Shown here one piece after another: positions 26,773-42,494 of a DNA stretch of 64,000 nt. A model generated the notes under the pieces. That model was given only the letters and a program-made list of their open reading frames with translations, was not told the DNA's origin and made no database searches. A program made the translations under genes and the position numbers. Source of the stretch: the human T2T-CHM13v2.0 reference genome, Homo sapiens; NCBI RefSeq assembly GCF_009914755.1, contig NC_060936.1, one strand, 5' to 3'. Within the stretch, counting starts at the first letter, position 1. The number at the start of each line of letters is the position of its first letter.

Positions 26773-27939
26773 AGTTAGACAACACTAAAGTTTTATGTAA
26801 TTATATCCGGAAATCAAAAATATTGGGGGAATTTTTTATTTGTTGGATATATAATATTAGTGACTCTGCTGTGAGATCACTAGCAGGTAATTGGGTAATC
26901 CTGCCAACATTTATATACTACTTCCAATGACCACACTTTACAAGATTTTGAAGGACTCAAATGTCTACACTAACATCAGATTAAAACCTGGAAAGATTGC
27001 TTAGCTCAGTGCCCTGCATGCTGCCTGGAAATAAGATAATTGGATATACAAACAGGAACGGTAAGAAGGAAGATCTGTCTGATTTGTCTCAGATGTGATA
27101 TTTATCCTACAATTACAGATTAAGAGGTGAAGAGGAGGAGAAAGAACCCATCATTGTCTAGGGACATTTTCCAAATAGTATTTATAGTTCCCTGCAAGTA
27201 ACCTTTTGCTTGGTAGATAATAAACTTTGTGCAGCATGCTGAATCTGTCATTAAACATTTGCCTGAAGATCTGAGTGTTAATATCAGTGACAGGGTTTCC
27301 TAAACATGTCACATTTCCTCTGCCTGTCACGAAGAATTATAGCTTCTGTGACCCTCACTATAATAGCAGCTATTTGTGATATTTTAACCTAATGTACAGC
27401 CTCAGAAGAAGAACAACAGGAACAATAAAACATCTGCCAGGAACTCGCTTGAAGGAAGGAATTCTAAGTGTTAAGAGGATTCCAAATAAAAGAGCAAAAC
27501 CTTGGGTGTCGAATACTACAGGATCTGAGTTCATTAACTTCCCTGTAATTTATGTCTTGATTATTTCCACATCCCAAAGGGAGAAATTCTAATTCACCTA
27601 TGTTGGCTTTTTTTGGTAAAATTGTAGGCAAAGCCAGAAAATGTAGAGCTTAATTTTGTTTTTCTACCTTTATAGGCTGGGGCAGGAGAGAGGGCATACT
27701 ATAATCAAACACAAAGGATTCTCTTTAATGAGAGTTTTATTCTTCTGTATAGATTCTTGCCATGGCTTGATTTTTGTTTTGTGGCAGGAACAGAGGGTGG
27801 CAGGGGAATTGGTTGTTTTCCTTTTTAATGAGAAACCCAGAGTCAAAACTATCGTCAGGATTTCTCCTTTCTTCCCCTCCAGCCTATCAGAGTCGAATGC
27901 TCACAACAGGCTCAGGAGCAATGAGCACCAGCTTTGTAA

Positions 27940-28140
27940 AGACCAAATCGACTAAACAAAATAAACCGTGTCATTTCATGCTAATTCAAAGACTCATTCC
28001 AACTGCTGTGTGATGAGGAAGCCAAGAACTGAACTGTAACCCAAACACAAACACGTTGCATTGCCAGGAAATGGCTAATGCGGCCTCCCATTACACAGAG
28101 CTTTCAAAATGTTTTAAGCGTTGATGAATACATCATTTTG
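27940..28140. promoter_or_regulatory. Candidate enhancer in non-repetitive sequence
   Basis: Cluster of FOX (TAAACA, CAAACA x2), POU-like ATGCTAAT, TEAD CATTCCA and ETS (GAGGAAG, CAGGAAA) motifs, with locally retained CpGs. Confidence 0.35.
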
Positions 28141-28865
28141 GAAAGAGTTCAAACATATGCAGCATTAAGTCTACAAATATATCTTTCTTACAAAAATAAT
28201 CCCACTTGCCTTTGAATGTGAATGGGGAAACGGAGCATTGGAGTCGAGGTCTGGAACTAGTGCTTCATCGTAATTTGCTCATCCATTGGACTGCCCCTAG
28301 TTGCTGTAGCCTCATCAGAGCATCTCCCCCTCCATCTATCTCCCTCTCAGAAAAGCAGCACAGCTACTCTAGAGTCTTACCTTCAAGAATGAGAGCTACA
28401 TTGCAAATCTCTTTAGAGTGCTCTGCGCTGTCATAAGCTTCAGTGGTAAAGACCCGAGTGTTTTAAAAGTCATTTTTGAAGAGAAAGAAAGGTGATTCCC
28501 TCCTCCCATAGAAGGGATACGATGAAGACTGAAAATCCCCTTCGTGCCCATTTGTGGGACTGTACAGCAAAATCCGGATAGACTATGAAACATAGTTAGG
28601 CTCCAGGTACTAACCATTTGCAAAAATAAAGCTGCCCTTAAAAATGGAATTGGTCATACGTGAATCAGCTTAACAAAAATATTCCCTCACCGGGGCCCAA
28701 ACACTTATCAATACCAGCCCGGTTCGTTTGAGCTGAACTCTTGACTTATGTTAGTCTCGACCTAGACAATGAGATCTATTCTCAAAACTCCAATACATCC
28801 AGGAAGGCCTTCTTCCTAAAGGGCTCTAACTGGGTACTGTCAAAGCAGTGGGAAGACCGCAGCCA

Positions 28866-28879
28866 GGGCCCTCTGCTGG
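28866..28879 (-). promoter_or_regulatory. Candidate CTCF site
   Basis: Minus strand reads CCAGCAGAGGGCCC, a close match to CCASYAGRKGGCRS. Confidence 0.55.
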
Positions 28880-28949
28880 AACTGAGTTAGCCATGCAAGT
28901 TAAGGGCTGCTCCTGCAGTGGAGGGGTGAGAGTTTCCAGGGATGTCTAT

Positions 28950-29420
28950 GCCAGCTATTTACCTGTTTTTTCTCAGCTCTAAGTTCATGCTTCTACCCTT
29001 TGCTCTATGAAGCCCAGGCCAGAGCTCTGCCTACTGGCTTCCTATTAAGCCCAGATGATGTAAGGAGCAAAAATGAAACCAGAAGGCAGGAGGAGATAAA
29101 AAGGACTTCTTTCCTATTATTCCAACATGTTCCTGTCAGAGTCACTCGAGCAGGGGCTGTGGGTCTAGCATCAGCATGTGACTACAGCCAGCTTCTCAGC
29201 CACTCTCAGACCAGCCTTGGCAGCCTGGGTCCGGCGGCTCATCAGAAACCTGAATACCCACTGGATGGGGCTTGCATTCCCAGCTCCTAATTTGGGGCGA
29301 TTCCTTTAGTTTTCCTCAGTTCCAAGGGTGGTAGCTATTTTTTATTATTATCTCAGTTTTGCCTTTATGCTCTTTGAGCCCACTAACAGCTGTGTAATGT
29401 ATTTTCTATATGAAATCCTG
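28950..29420 (+). mobile_element. Degenerate ERVL LTR (LTR33-like)
   Basis: Similar to 4260-4440: 'ctcagctctaag...ctggcttcctattaag...agaaggcaggaggagataaaaaggacttctttcct'. Confidence 0.5.
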
Positions 29421-29606
29421 ACTGTCGGCAATTCCTCGTACCACATAAGGTGCTCCACTTTCCAGGCTGGATCCTGACAGTAAAGCATGGTGGAAGGTGA
29501 TGGTTTAGAGCAGGGAACGGTGGGGTGTTGAGAAAGTAAAGGAAACCTGGGTCTGTAGAGAGGTCTGAATCTTCCATTTGATGATCAACTAGAGGTGAGG
29601 ATTAGA

Positions 29607-30020
29607 CCTGCAGTGTCCAATTGGGCAGCCTTTAAAACATGGCTAGCCTGAGCAAAAGACTGAATGTAAATTATTTGTCGATAATCGTTTTGGTTATTGA
29701 AAAACTTTTTAGTGTGTTTGGAACAACGTAAGTAAGTGAATCTACTTTTTTAACTGTAAGTTTTATGAAATCTACGTAGATAGCAATTATCTCTGATGAA
29801 ATGTTACCATACAAAAAGATAGGCTATGAATAAAAAAGAATGTAAACACCTCAATTTTTTACAAGAATTTTATGTTGAAATGATACCATTCTGAATATAG
29901 CATGTTGAATTAAAGGTATTACTGAAGTTAATTTCACCTTTTTTAACTTTTTGAAAGTGGCTACTAAAAATTTTAAAGTTGCATCTATGGTTTGCGTCAT
30001 ACTTCTACTGGAAAGCACAG
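29607..30020 (+). mobile_element. hAT-Charlie non-autonomous element (MER33/Charlie5-like)
   Basis: 'gtgaatctacttttttaactgtaagttttatgaaatcta' and the end 'gtggctactaaaaattttaaagttgcatctatgg...tttctactggaaagcacag'. Confidence 0.7.
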
Positions 30021-31931
30021 CTCTAGGCTCTTATTTCTCATACCCGCAATGTTCATGTTTTTCATCTAAACACATTGTATTTGTTACTGTTCATTTGTTA
30101 GCATATAACAAAAGCCAACTCTGGATAGCTTAATAAAAACAAATTGCAAGATACACAGACAACAACAGCAAGCAGAGTTGAAACTTGAATTAAGAACAGT
30201 CCTATAAGAAAGCCTGAAGCACACGGCACTAGGCTGAGTTTGGTACCAAAGGACTCAACCTCTACATACTTTCTAACTTCCCAACACGTTATTGTTTGGC
30301 CAGATGGCAAGCCAAATAACAGAAACACATAAATAGCAGAAACCAGATAAATGACTATCCCTCTATATTCAGCCTAACAATTGCAGATAATTAGCTTATG
30401 ATGTCTGAATCATTCAATATGCTTTCAAATTTCACAACAAAGCCATCCAAATGATTACAACTCATTTGTTATAAGTCAAGGTTCGCCAGTAAAATGGGAG
30501 TGAGGATTCTGGGTTTGAGGTTGTGAGGAAAGAAATATAGAAAGATAGCATCAGCAATTATACCATACCCTTAAATCATATGTTTCTACATATTTCCACA
30601 AGACAGGCTTCCTATTAAGGTTGTCTATTTTCTAATTCTAAGAAAACTAGTTTTATACAGAAGTTTTCTATGTTATAGCCAATATGTCTCCATTACAATT
30701 CTTTAATTTCTGTAACAACATAAAGACCAATCAAGTAATATGCAAATTCTTATTAAATGTCTACTATGAAACAAAGCACTGGAGGAGGGGATATGGGCAT
30801 TGAGGAGACAACAATGTGTTCTTGGCAAGAAACTTGCAAACAAGAGAAAGAGAAAATACAGAATACTACAACTTTGGCTTTGGAAGGGACTTTGGAGGTC
30901 ACCTAATACAATCTTCTAGTCTGTGGATAATTCAACCCCTGCAACTCTCCCCAGGAGTGTTCAGCTTCTGCTTAAAGCTGCTTAAACAGGGAAACAGAAT
31001 TCACTGCCTTAGAAGCCTGTCTATTCCATTTTTGTACTGCTTTTATTTTTAGCCAGATCTTTGTGCAAAATCAAAAAATGCACCATTACAATTTCTACTC
31101 ACTGGTCCTTTTTCTTTCTTTACGAACAATAGCCCTTCAAGTATTTAAAGTCCCTATCATATCCCCTGTCCTTTTTTTATGGACGGCATTGCCATAGGAT
31201 GCTTTGTGATGGGAAAAAAAAAAAGAGTATTCCATGGTGAAATAAACTTAGAAAAATAGAGTATATTCTAATCCTGTTTTGAAAATACACTTTTTGTTCC
31301 TTGAAACTATGAGCATTCTAGCAGTAAGAAAACCCATCTACCTGCACTACAGCAAGCACTTTCCAAACCCATTTGACCACAAAAATCTTATTTCTCCCAA
31401 TTTCACCTTAACATCACACAGAATTACAGTGCAATAGAAAATTTTGCACTTCATTTTTCATTCAACAAATACTCATTAAGCACCTACATCGCACCAGGCT
31501 TTGTGATATGTGCTGGGATCACTACAGTAGATAAAAATGATTTTTGACTTCCCAGAGCATAAAGTCTAGTATGAAAGATGAACAATTAAATGAGCAATAA
31601 TATAAAAAGTTAACATAGAAATTGCTGGGGAAGTGCAATTTTATGGGAACACACTTTGGGCACTGCTGCTGTGGGCTGAACAGCCTCAGATTTTCCCTTG
31701 GTTCTTTGGACAGCATGGTTTCCAGACTCTGCCCTTCTGGTCATTGCCGTTTCCCTACTCTGGTTTGTCGACATCCGTCAGAAAGAGGACCCAAACTAAA
31801 CCCAATACTCCAGGAATGATTTGACCAGGAGCACCTCAGACAAGCACTGGATGAGGGGATTTGGGTGTTTGTTTAGGACATCGAACTTTTCTTGATGGAG
31901 CCTGCTGTACAAATATAGAATGCTAAAAATA

Positions 31932-32229
31932 GGCCAGGCACGGTGGCTCACACCTGTAATCCCAGCACTTTGGGAGGCAGAGGAGGGTGGATCACTTGAG
32001 GCCAGGAGTTCAAGACCAGCCTGGCTGACATGGCAAAACCCCATCTCTACTAAAAATACAAAAATTAGTTGGGCGTGGTGGTGATGCCTGTAATTCCAGC
32101 TACTCTAGAGTCTGAGGCACGAGAATCACTTGAATCCAAAAGGTGGGGGTTGCAGTGAGCCGAGATTGTGTGACTGCACTCCAGCCTGGGTGACAGAGTG
32201 AGATTCTGTCTCCAAATTTTTTAAAAAAA
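31932..32229 (+). mobile_element. Alu (old S/J)
   Basis: Full dimer. TSD aatgctaaaaata / aatgttaaaaata. Confidence 0.95.
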
Positions 32230-32862
32230 TGTTAAAAATAACAAAACAATAGCTTATTACAATAAAATGAGATATTCCAAAAAAGTTTATTAATGATAGA
32301 CCAAAGAAAGCTAATTTCCATTGTGAGAGACTAGAAAAGGCTTCAAGAAATATTTGAGTTGAATCTTGATAAGAAAGTAGAATTTGGATAGGAAATTCCT
32401 TCAGAATGTTCACAGAAACATAAAAACTAAATGAGATCTGGGAAACTCAAACTTGACTTGGGCCCCCATAAGCTGCTTAGAAACACTGAAAGCAAACTCA
32501 CAGTTCAGAAGCAAATTTGTGGCATCTAATCATAGATTCCAAGCTTTACAATGAAAACAGACGGCATATTAGAGGATTTATGTTTAGGGTGGCATTGACT
32601 GACCTTTCAGATGTCCTCCAGAGATCAAAGAATCTGCCTCCTCTCACCTAGTGAAATCTAGCTGGGAGTAGAAACCGAGACTGCTCATGTTGACAGTGGC
32701 TCAGGATGGGAAAGGAACACTCAGAAGACAGTGGTACCAGCTTAACTAGGAGAATCTGTACTGCAAGGAGTAGGAGGTTTAACAAAGCTTAACGAAGTGA
32801 CCCTCTTATATATTAAGATGGTATCATAACTAACGTGTCATTACTATTAATAAGTAAAAGCA

Positions 32863-33172
32863 GCCAGGCACAGTGGCTCACGCCTGTAATCTCAGCACTT
32901 TGAGAGGCCGAGGCCAAGGTAGGCAGATCACTTAAGGTCAGAAGTTCAAGGCCAGCCTGGCCAATATGGTGAAACCATCTCTACTAAGAAAAACTACAAA
33001 ACTTAGCCAGGTGTGGTGGTGGGCGCCTGTAATCCCAGTTACTCAGGAGGCTGAGGTAGAAGAATTACTTCAGCCAGGGAGGCGGAGTTTGCAGTGAGCC
33101 AAGATCATGCCGCTGCACTCCAGCCTGGGTGACAGAACAAGACTTTGTCTCAAAAATTAAATTAAATTAAAA
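32863..33172 (+). mobile_element. AluS
   Basis: Full dimer. TSD aataagtaaaagcagcc on both sides. Confidence 0.95.
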
Positions 33173-33956
33173 ATAAGTAAAAGCAGCCCTGAGAGTCAAA
33201 TGTGAAACAGGCTCAGACAGAAGAAGTCACAGAAAGACTTCCCCCATTGCCTACCTATCCCTATAGAACCCAGTACTGTGCTTGCTAAAATTGTCCCCAG
33301 AATTCGCAAAGGAAAGAGTAGACAATTCAATCTATTCTTTTTGCCCTGATTAAACACTAGAGGCTATTCAAAGCAATAGCTGGGAAGCATTTTTTATTAT
33401 TACCATTATCATTCCGGTTTTCATTCCTCCATGCCTCCCATCTCCCCCATTAGCATGGATAATTGAGAGCTGGCATTTAAATCAGTAATATTTAACACTA
33501 ATAGCCCGACCCTATTGCTACCTGCTAACCTCACACCATCTAACTGCACCTGGTAACTTTGAAGGACACTAATGTCCTTAACATCATAATTGGCCACAAC
33601 TTATTGGTTACACGTGAGAAGCCCTACTCTGTTTACTTTTAATTTGAGTTCCAGAAATGATTCTATTCATCATCATCAATGGAGAATTCACAAGGGCAAA
33701 CTAAAAACTATATACTCAACACCCTGATGAAACTGAAAAATTTCAACAATCATCTGCAGGGGGTTTCTCTACCCAGTTAAGCCTTCTAAAGGGTGGGCAT
33801 TTCTGAATAGCATTTTTCAGATTTAATTTGGTTGTTTGACCTCAACATTTATTTATATTTTCTTACTAATAATTTTAATTTGCTGTAAAAAGGACCAGTA
33901 GAAACCAGGTATATTTTACTTTCATCCATTTATTTTACCTTCTAGGTGGAAATATA

Positions 33957-34119
33957 GAAGGAAGGAGAGAAGGAAGGAAGGAAGGGAGGGAGGGAGGGAG
34001 GGAGGGAGGAAGGAAGGAAGGAAGGAAGGAAGGAAGGAAGGAAGGAAGGAAGGAAGGAAAGAAGGAAGGAAGGGAAGGAAGGGAAGGGAAGGAAGGGAGG
34101 GAGGGAGGGAGGGAGGGAA
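33957..34119 (+). repeat. Compound (GGAA)n/(GGGA)n polypurine microsatellite
   Basis: 13 uninterrupted GGAA units at 34008-34059, flanked by GGGA runs. Confidence 0.97.
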
Positions 34120-34429
34120 TTGATGAAGTCTGATGAAACAGAGGCAGATGAAAGAGAAGAATGATGGAGGCAGGAGAGAAACAGAGCCTACGAGCAATGT
34201 TCAGAGAAAAGCATTTGTCATAGGTCTGACATATGCATGGAAAATACAGCAAAACCTGCATTAGTTTTCTTCTGTGTGTGTGTTCATTTAATTGATGAGC
34301 TTTTCTATTGAGCCTTTTTCTATGTATGAGTTGGCAATGTTAGAATATGAATGAATACAAAAGAATATAAGAGCTTTTGTCTTGCCCTTAGATAACTGAA
34401 AAGTGATGTGTTCGAAATTTCCATCCCTA

Positions 34430-34921
34430 TCTGTCAGGCTAAATAATGGTCCCCCAACCCCCAAAGGCATCTAGATTCTAATCCCTGGGAGCTGTGAATG
34501 TTACCCTGTATGAAAAAGACCTTTGTGGATGTTATCAAATTAAGGATCCAGAGATGAGGTTATCCTGGATTAGCCAGGTAGGCCCTAAATACAATCACAT
34601 GTGTTCTTACAAGAGGAAAGTAGAGTGAGTTTATTAGACTACAGACAGAAGGTGAGAAGAGCATGTGACCAGGAGGCAGCAATTAGAGTGATGTGACCAC
34701 AGGTGAAGGAATGCCACAGTCACCAGAGGCTGGACGAAGCAAGGAATAGATTCTCCCCCAGAGCCTCCGGAGGTAGCATGACCTTGCTAACACCTTGATT
34801 TCAGTCCAGTGAAACTGATTTTTATCTTCTGGCCTCTAGAACTGTAAGAGAATACATGTGTGGTGTTTTAGGCCACCAAATTTGTGGTAATTTCTTACAG
34901 CAGTAATAGGAAACTAATACA
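34430..34921 (+). mobile_element. MaLR LTR (MLT1C/D)
   Basis: 'aggctaaataatggtccccc...ttatcctggatta...gattctcccccagagcctcc...ggaaactaataca'. Confidence 0.9.
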
Positions 34922-36234
34922 CCCATATCTAAACAACAGCAAGAAGTAAGCACCCAGCAGCTTCAAAAACAATTCCAAGCTGCCAAGTATTCCTCAGCAA
35001 AGGGGTTCTCTCAGAGCCTTGAGCCATAGATCTCACAAGTTCCATATGCACCCATTGCAAGACCCAAAGGAATGCACAATTCACCCTGAGAAAAGAGTTA
35101 GTACAGGAAGCCCATCCGCAGTGGAAAATGATCAAGGTGAACTGAATATATAAATACTGAGATGACACAGAATATATTTTCAAAGTCTCTTTATGAGTCA
35201 GGAAAGATAAAATACCACCAAAATTTATGAAATAATGAAACTTTAAGAAAGGATAGAAAAATAAATGAAAAAAGAAATGTTCAACGAATGGAAGACATAG
35301 GAAGAAAAAACGTCAGTATAATTATGCCCAGGATAGGTACTGATCAATAATTCTAAAGAAATTTCCAGTTTCCTTGTGAAATCCTCCCTAAGGGTGAATC
35401 AGATTTTCTTTTTTATCTTCTTCACAATGCACCGAAATGTGTAAGTCAGTGATTGAGAGGTAGCTAATTAAAATGCACTGGGAAAAATCAAAAAGCTGTG
35501 CAGCTTGCCACTGGAGTTTTCAGTAGGAGTAAAGATGCCCAGATTTGAAACAAATCATTTTAGAGAAAAGAAGGGTTATTTTCTGCAATAAATCCCCATC
35601 AGGATGGATTTTCACTCGTTCCAGCCACGGTGATGGATGGTGCTCTCTGGGCTGGCTGTGTGGATTGGATTTGGATGGGCCACCAAAAGTGCAGATGCTT
35701 ATCTGAAACTTATCTGAACAAGCCAAATCTCAGAGGTCTGCAAAATTATGCTGGCATTCCTTCAAGATTAGTCTCTCTTGTGAGATGGCTGGCCTTGGGG
35801 ACTTGGCTCTATGTCCAGTGAGGATGGATTTTTTTTCTTCACATTTTTTTGGCATTCCTGGTGCAGGAAAAATAAAGCATGTGTGCACACTGACATACAT
35901 AATCAAGCAGAGTGAAAACTACATTACTAAGATGTTTAAACTACCTACATGTGCTTCCTGAGAGCCTACTGTGTGCCTTATGGTTCCTGCTCAAAAACAG
36001 TTTAGAATAAAGTTAAGGAAGCAAAGTCATTTATAAATTCTTATAACATTTATAATATTTACAAATATCAAAAGAAACTCCTCAATTACAAGTGGTCAAA
36101 AAAATGGAATAATCAGTATAGGTCATCTGAGAAGTATAAAGGGCATCTAAGAATAGCAATTGTGCAACTTAAACTGGACCATAATTAGAGTAAGATTTGG
36201 TACTCCAGGTAAAGACCCACTTGTGGTAAAAAGA

Positions 36235-36490
36235 ATAACTATTATTTGATGAATGCCTACAGTATGCTAGGCAGTGTTTGAAAATACACATTATTTCATT
36301 TAATTATTTCAACAACACAGTATAGGTAAGAATCTTTACCCTCATCTTACCCATGAGAAGAGTCAAGATATGGAAAAATTCAGTTTCCCAAACTCACTTA
36401 ACCAATACACAGCAGAATCGGAATTTAAAGCTAAGATTCAAAAAAAAAAAAAAAAAAAAAAAAAAACCTCTTGATCAATATTCTCTCCAG
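36235..36490 (+). mobile_element. MIR with an internal A27 tract (36440-36466)
   Basis: 'gaatgcctacagtatgctaggcagtgt...atttcatttaattatttcaacaac...ccctcatcttacccatgaga'. Confidence 0.6.
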
Positions 36491-36883
36491 GTGTTTTACT
36501 TTATTGATGTTTGTCAAGATGGAAAATCATGGTAGGTAGTTATTTCTGATAAACAAATCTGATGTAGTGTAGTGTAGACTAGAAAGATATAGAAAAAGGA
36601 GACTAGTTTTTTTCTTTTTTTTTTTCTTATGGCATAACAGTCACGAACTTCATTCAAGAAGGAGGATGTCTGGAAAAGAATCTTTTCTTACATGTATGTT
36701 TTTCTTGCTAAGTAAATAAAATTTTTCCTTCCTGAGGACATAAAGTAAGAAAGTCCAGTTTTAGCATGGAGCTTGCTGCATTTGCTCCATTTGTTGTATA
36801 ATTGTTTAAAGGACATTCTTTGAGTATCTCCAATATGCTACGAGTTGAAGGTCAATTTTGTAGTATTAAGTTCCTTTGCATTT

Positions 36884-37554
36884 GTGTTCATTTCTATTGC
36901 TGCTATAACAGACTACTAGAAACTTAATGGCTTAAGACAATACAACTGTATTATCTCACGGTATCTGTAGGTCAGAAGTCCAGGTTGGCTAAGCTGCATT
37001 CTGTTCAAAGTATCACAAGGTCTAAATCAAAATTAGCAGGCACTAATTTCCTTCTGGAGGCTCTGGGACTGGATCAGCTTCCAGGATCATTCAGACTGTT
37101 GGCAAAACTCAGTTCCATGCTGCTACAGAACTAAGGTCCCATTTCCTTACTGGTTGATGGTAGGGATGGGTGCAATTCTTTCTCAGCTCCTAGAGATTGC
37201 CCACATTTCTTGAGTCATGGCACTGGCTCTCTATCTTCAAATATTGAATCTTTCTCACACTTCTAATCTCCCTGACATCCCCTTTTCCTTTTCCACATCA
37301 CTCCTCTGCTACTTCCTCTTCCACCACATCTCTCTGACTTGACACTTCTACTTTCCTCCCTCTTCTACTTCTCAATGCTGTTGTGATTAACATTGGACCC
37401 ACTCACATACTCCAGGTAATCTCCCTATTTTAAGGTCAGCTGATAAGTAACCCTAATTCCATCTGCAAAGTCCCTTTCCTGCAGTATGTAAGTTAGTGTT
37501 TGATTGAATAACGGGGTAGGAATCTTGGGGATACTGCTTTGGAATTCTACCACA
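36884..37554 (-). mobile_element. MaLR LTR (MLT1D/E-like)
   Basis: 'ttctattgctgctataaca...tggcttaagacaatac...tctgtaggtcagaagtcc...tccctattttaaggtcagctga...aattctaccaca'. Confidence 0.85.
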
Positions 37555-39678
37555 GCATTTATTTGCTTATAGGAAATATTTTGTTTTATTAATAATAACA
37601 AATTAAATGTACTCAGTGCCACTGTGTGGTTTACATTTTTCCCTTCTACACAGTCCCACTGTCCTGGCCTCAGGAAGATTAAAGTCCTTCTATAAATATA
37701 GAGCATGAGTTTTCAGAAGATGGGAAATGTGCAAAAACAGTTACAATCAAGCAATTTTTTCAAGCAGGTAATTTAGAAAAAATACAACTTTAAAAACCAG
37801 CTTCTACATTAATTTTCATGATATTTCTTTTTGGAAGTCTTTATTTTTAATAATTTCAACTTGTCTTTTAGCTTTAGGGGGTGTAAGTGCAGGTTTGTTA
37901 CATGGATATATTGCCTGATGTTGAGATTTGGGATACAATAGATCCGATCACCCACATAGTGAGCACAGTACTCAATAGGTTTTCAAACCTTGCCCCCCTA
38001 CCTCCTCTAGTATTCCCCATGTCTATCACTGCCATCTTCATGTTCATGTGTACCCAGTGTTTAGCTCCTACTTATAAGTGAGAACATACGGTATTTAGTG
38101 TTTTGTTCCTGTATTGATTCGCTTAGGATAATGGCCCCCAGCTCCACCATATTACTGCAAAGGATGTGATTTCATTCTTCTCTATGGCCACGTAGTATTT
38201 TATGGTGTATTTGTACCACACTTTCCTTATCAATCCACGACTGATGGGCACCTAGGTTAATTCCATGTCTTTGCTATTATGAATTGAGTGGCAACAAACA
38301 TATAAGTGCATGTGGCTTTTTTTGTATAATGTTCTATTTTCCTTTGGGTATATATCCAGTAATGGGAATGCTGGGTTGAATGGTAGTTCTGTTTTAAATT
38401 ATTTGAGAAATCTCCAAACTGCTTTCCACATTGACTGAATTAATTTACATTCTCAACAACAGTATATATGTGGGGTTTTTTTCCTCCACAGTCTCACCAG
38501 CATCTGTTGTTTTTTTGACTTTTTAATAACAGCCATTCTGACTGGTGTGAGATGGTGTCTCATTGTGATTTTGATTTGAATCAAATTTTGATTTTGATTT
38601 GAATCTCTATGAATATGTTAAGCACTTTTTTTATGTTTGTTGGCCACTTGTATGTTCTTTTGAGAAATATCTGTTTAGGTCTTTTGCCCACTTGTTAATT
38701 GGATTGTTCGTTTTTTGCTTGTTTAATTATTTAACTTCCTTATACATTGTGGATATTAGACCTTTGTTGGATGAATAGTTTGTGAATATTTTCTCCCATT
38801 CTGTAGGTCATCTGTCTACTCTGTTAATAGTTTATTTTGCTGTGCAGAAGCACAGTTGTCAAGCACACTTGTCAATTTTTGTTTTTTTTTTTTTTTTTGC
38901 AATTTCTTTTGAGGACATAGGCATAAATTCTTTCCCAAGGCAGATGTCCAAAATGGTGCTTCCTAGGTTTTCTTCTAGGATTCTTATAGTTTGAGGTTTC
39001 ATATTTAAGTCTTTAATTCAGCTTATGTTAATTTTTGTATATGACGCAGTTTCGTTCTTCTGCATATGGCTCACCAGCTATCCCAGCACCATTTATTGAA
39101 CGGGAGGTCATTTTCCTGTTATTTTTACTGACTTTTTTGAAGATCAAATTGCTGTAGGTGTGAAGCTTCATTTCTGGGCTCTCTATTCTGTTTCATAGGT
39201 CTCTGTGTCTGTATTTGTACCAGTACCATGCTGGTTTGCTTACTGTAGCCTTATCAAATAGTTTGAAGTTGGGTAATGTGATACCTCTGACTTTGTTCTT
39301 GTTGCTTAGGTTTGCTTTGGCTATTCAGGCTGTTCTACTTGATTCATATGAATTTTAAAAGTTTTTTTCTAATTCTGTGAAAAAAATGACGTTTAGTTTG
39401 ATAGGAATAGCGGTGAACCTGTAGATTGCTTTGGGCAGTATGGCTATTTTAATGATATTGATTCTTCCAATCCATGGGCATGGAATGTTTTTCCATTTGT
39501 TTGTGCCATCTATGATTTCTTTAAGCAGTGTTTTATAAATCTCCATGTAAAGATATTTCACATCCTTGATTAGATGTATTCTTAGGTTTTATTTTTTATG
39601 GCTATTGTAAGTGGAATTGTTTCTTGATTTGGCTGTCAGCTTGAATGTTATTGGTGTATAGAAATGCTGCTGTTTTTT

Positions 39679-42494
<2,816 letters not shown>

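Noticed and set aside
28005-28135. Possible C/D box snoRNA (GTGATGA at 28010, CTGA at 28029)
   Set aside because: No terminal D box with a closing stem at a suitable distance, and no recognisable rRNA or snRNA antisense element.
33922-34261. Pro/Ser/Phe/Leu repeat ORFs
   Set aside because: Translation of the (TTCC)n microsatellite.
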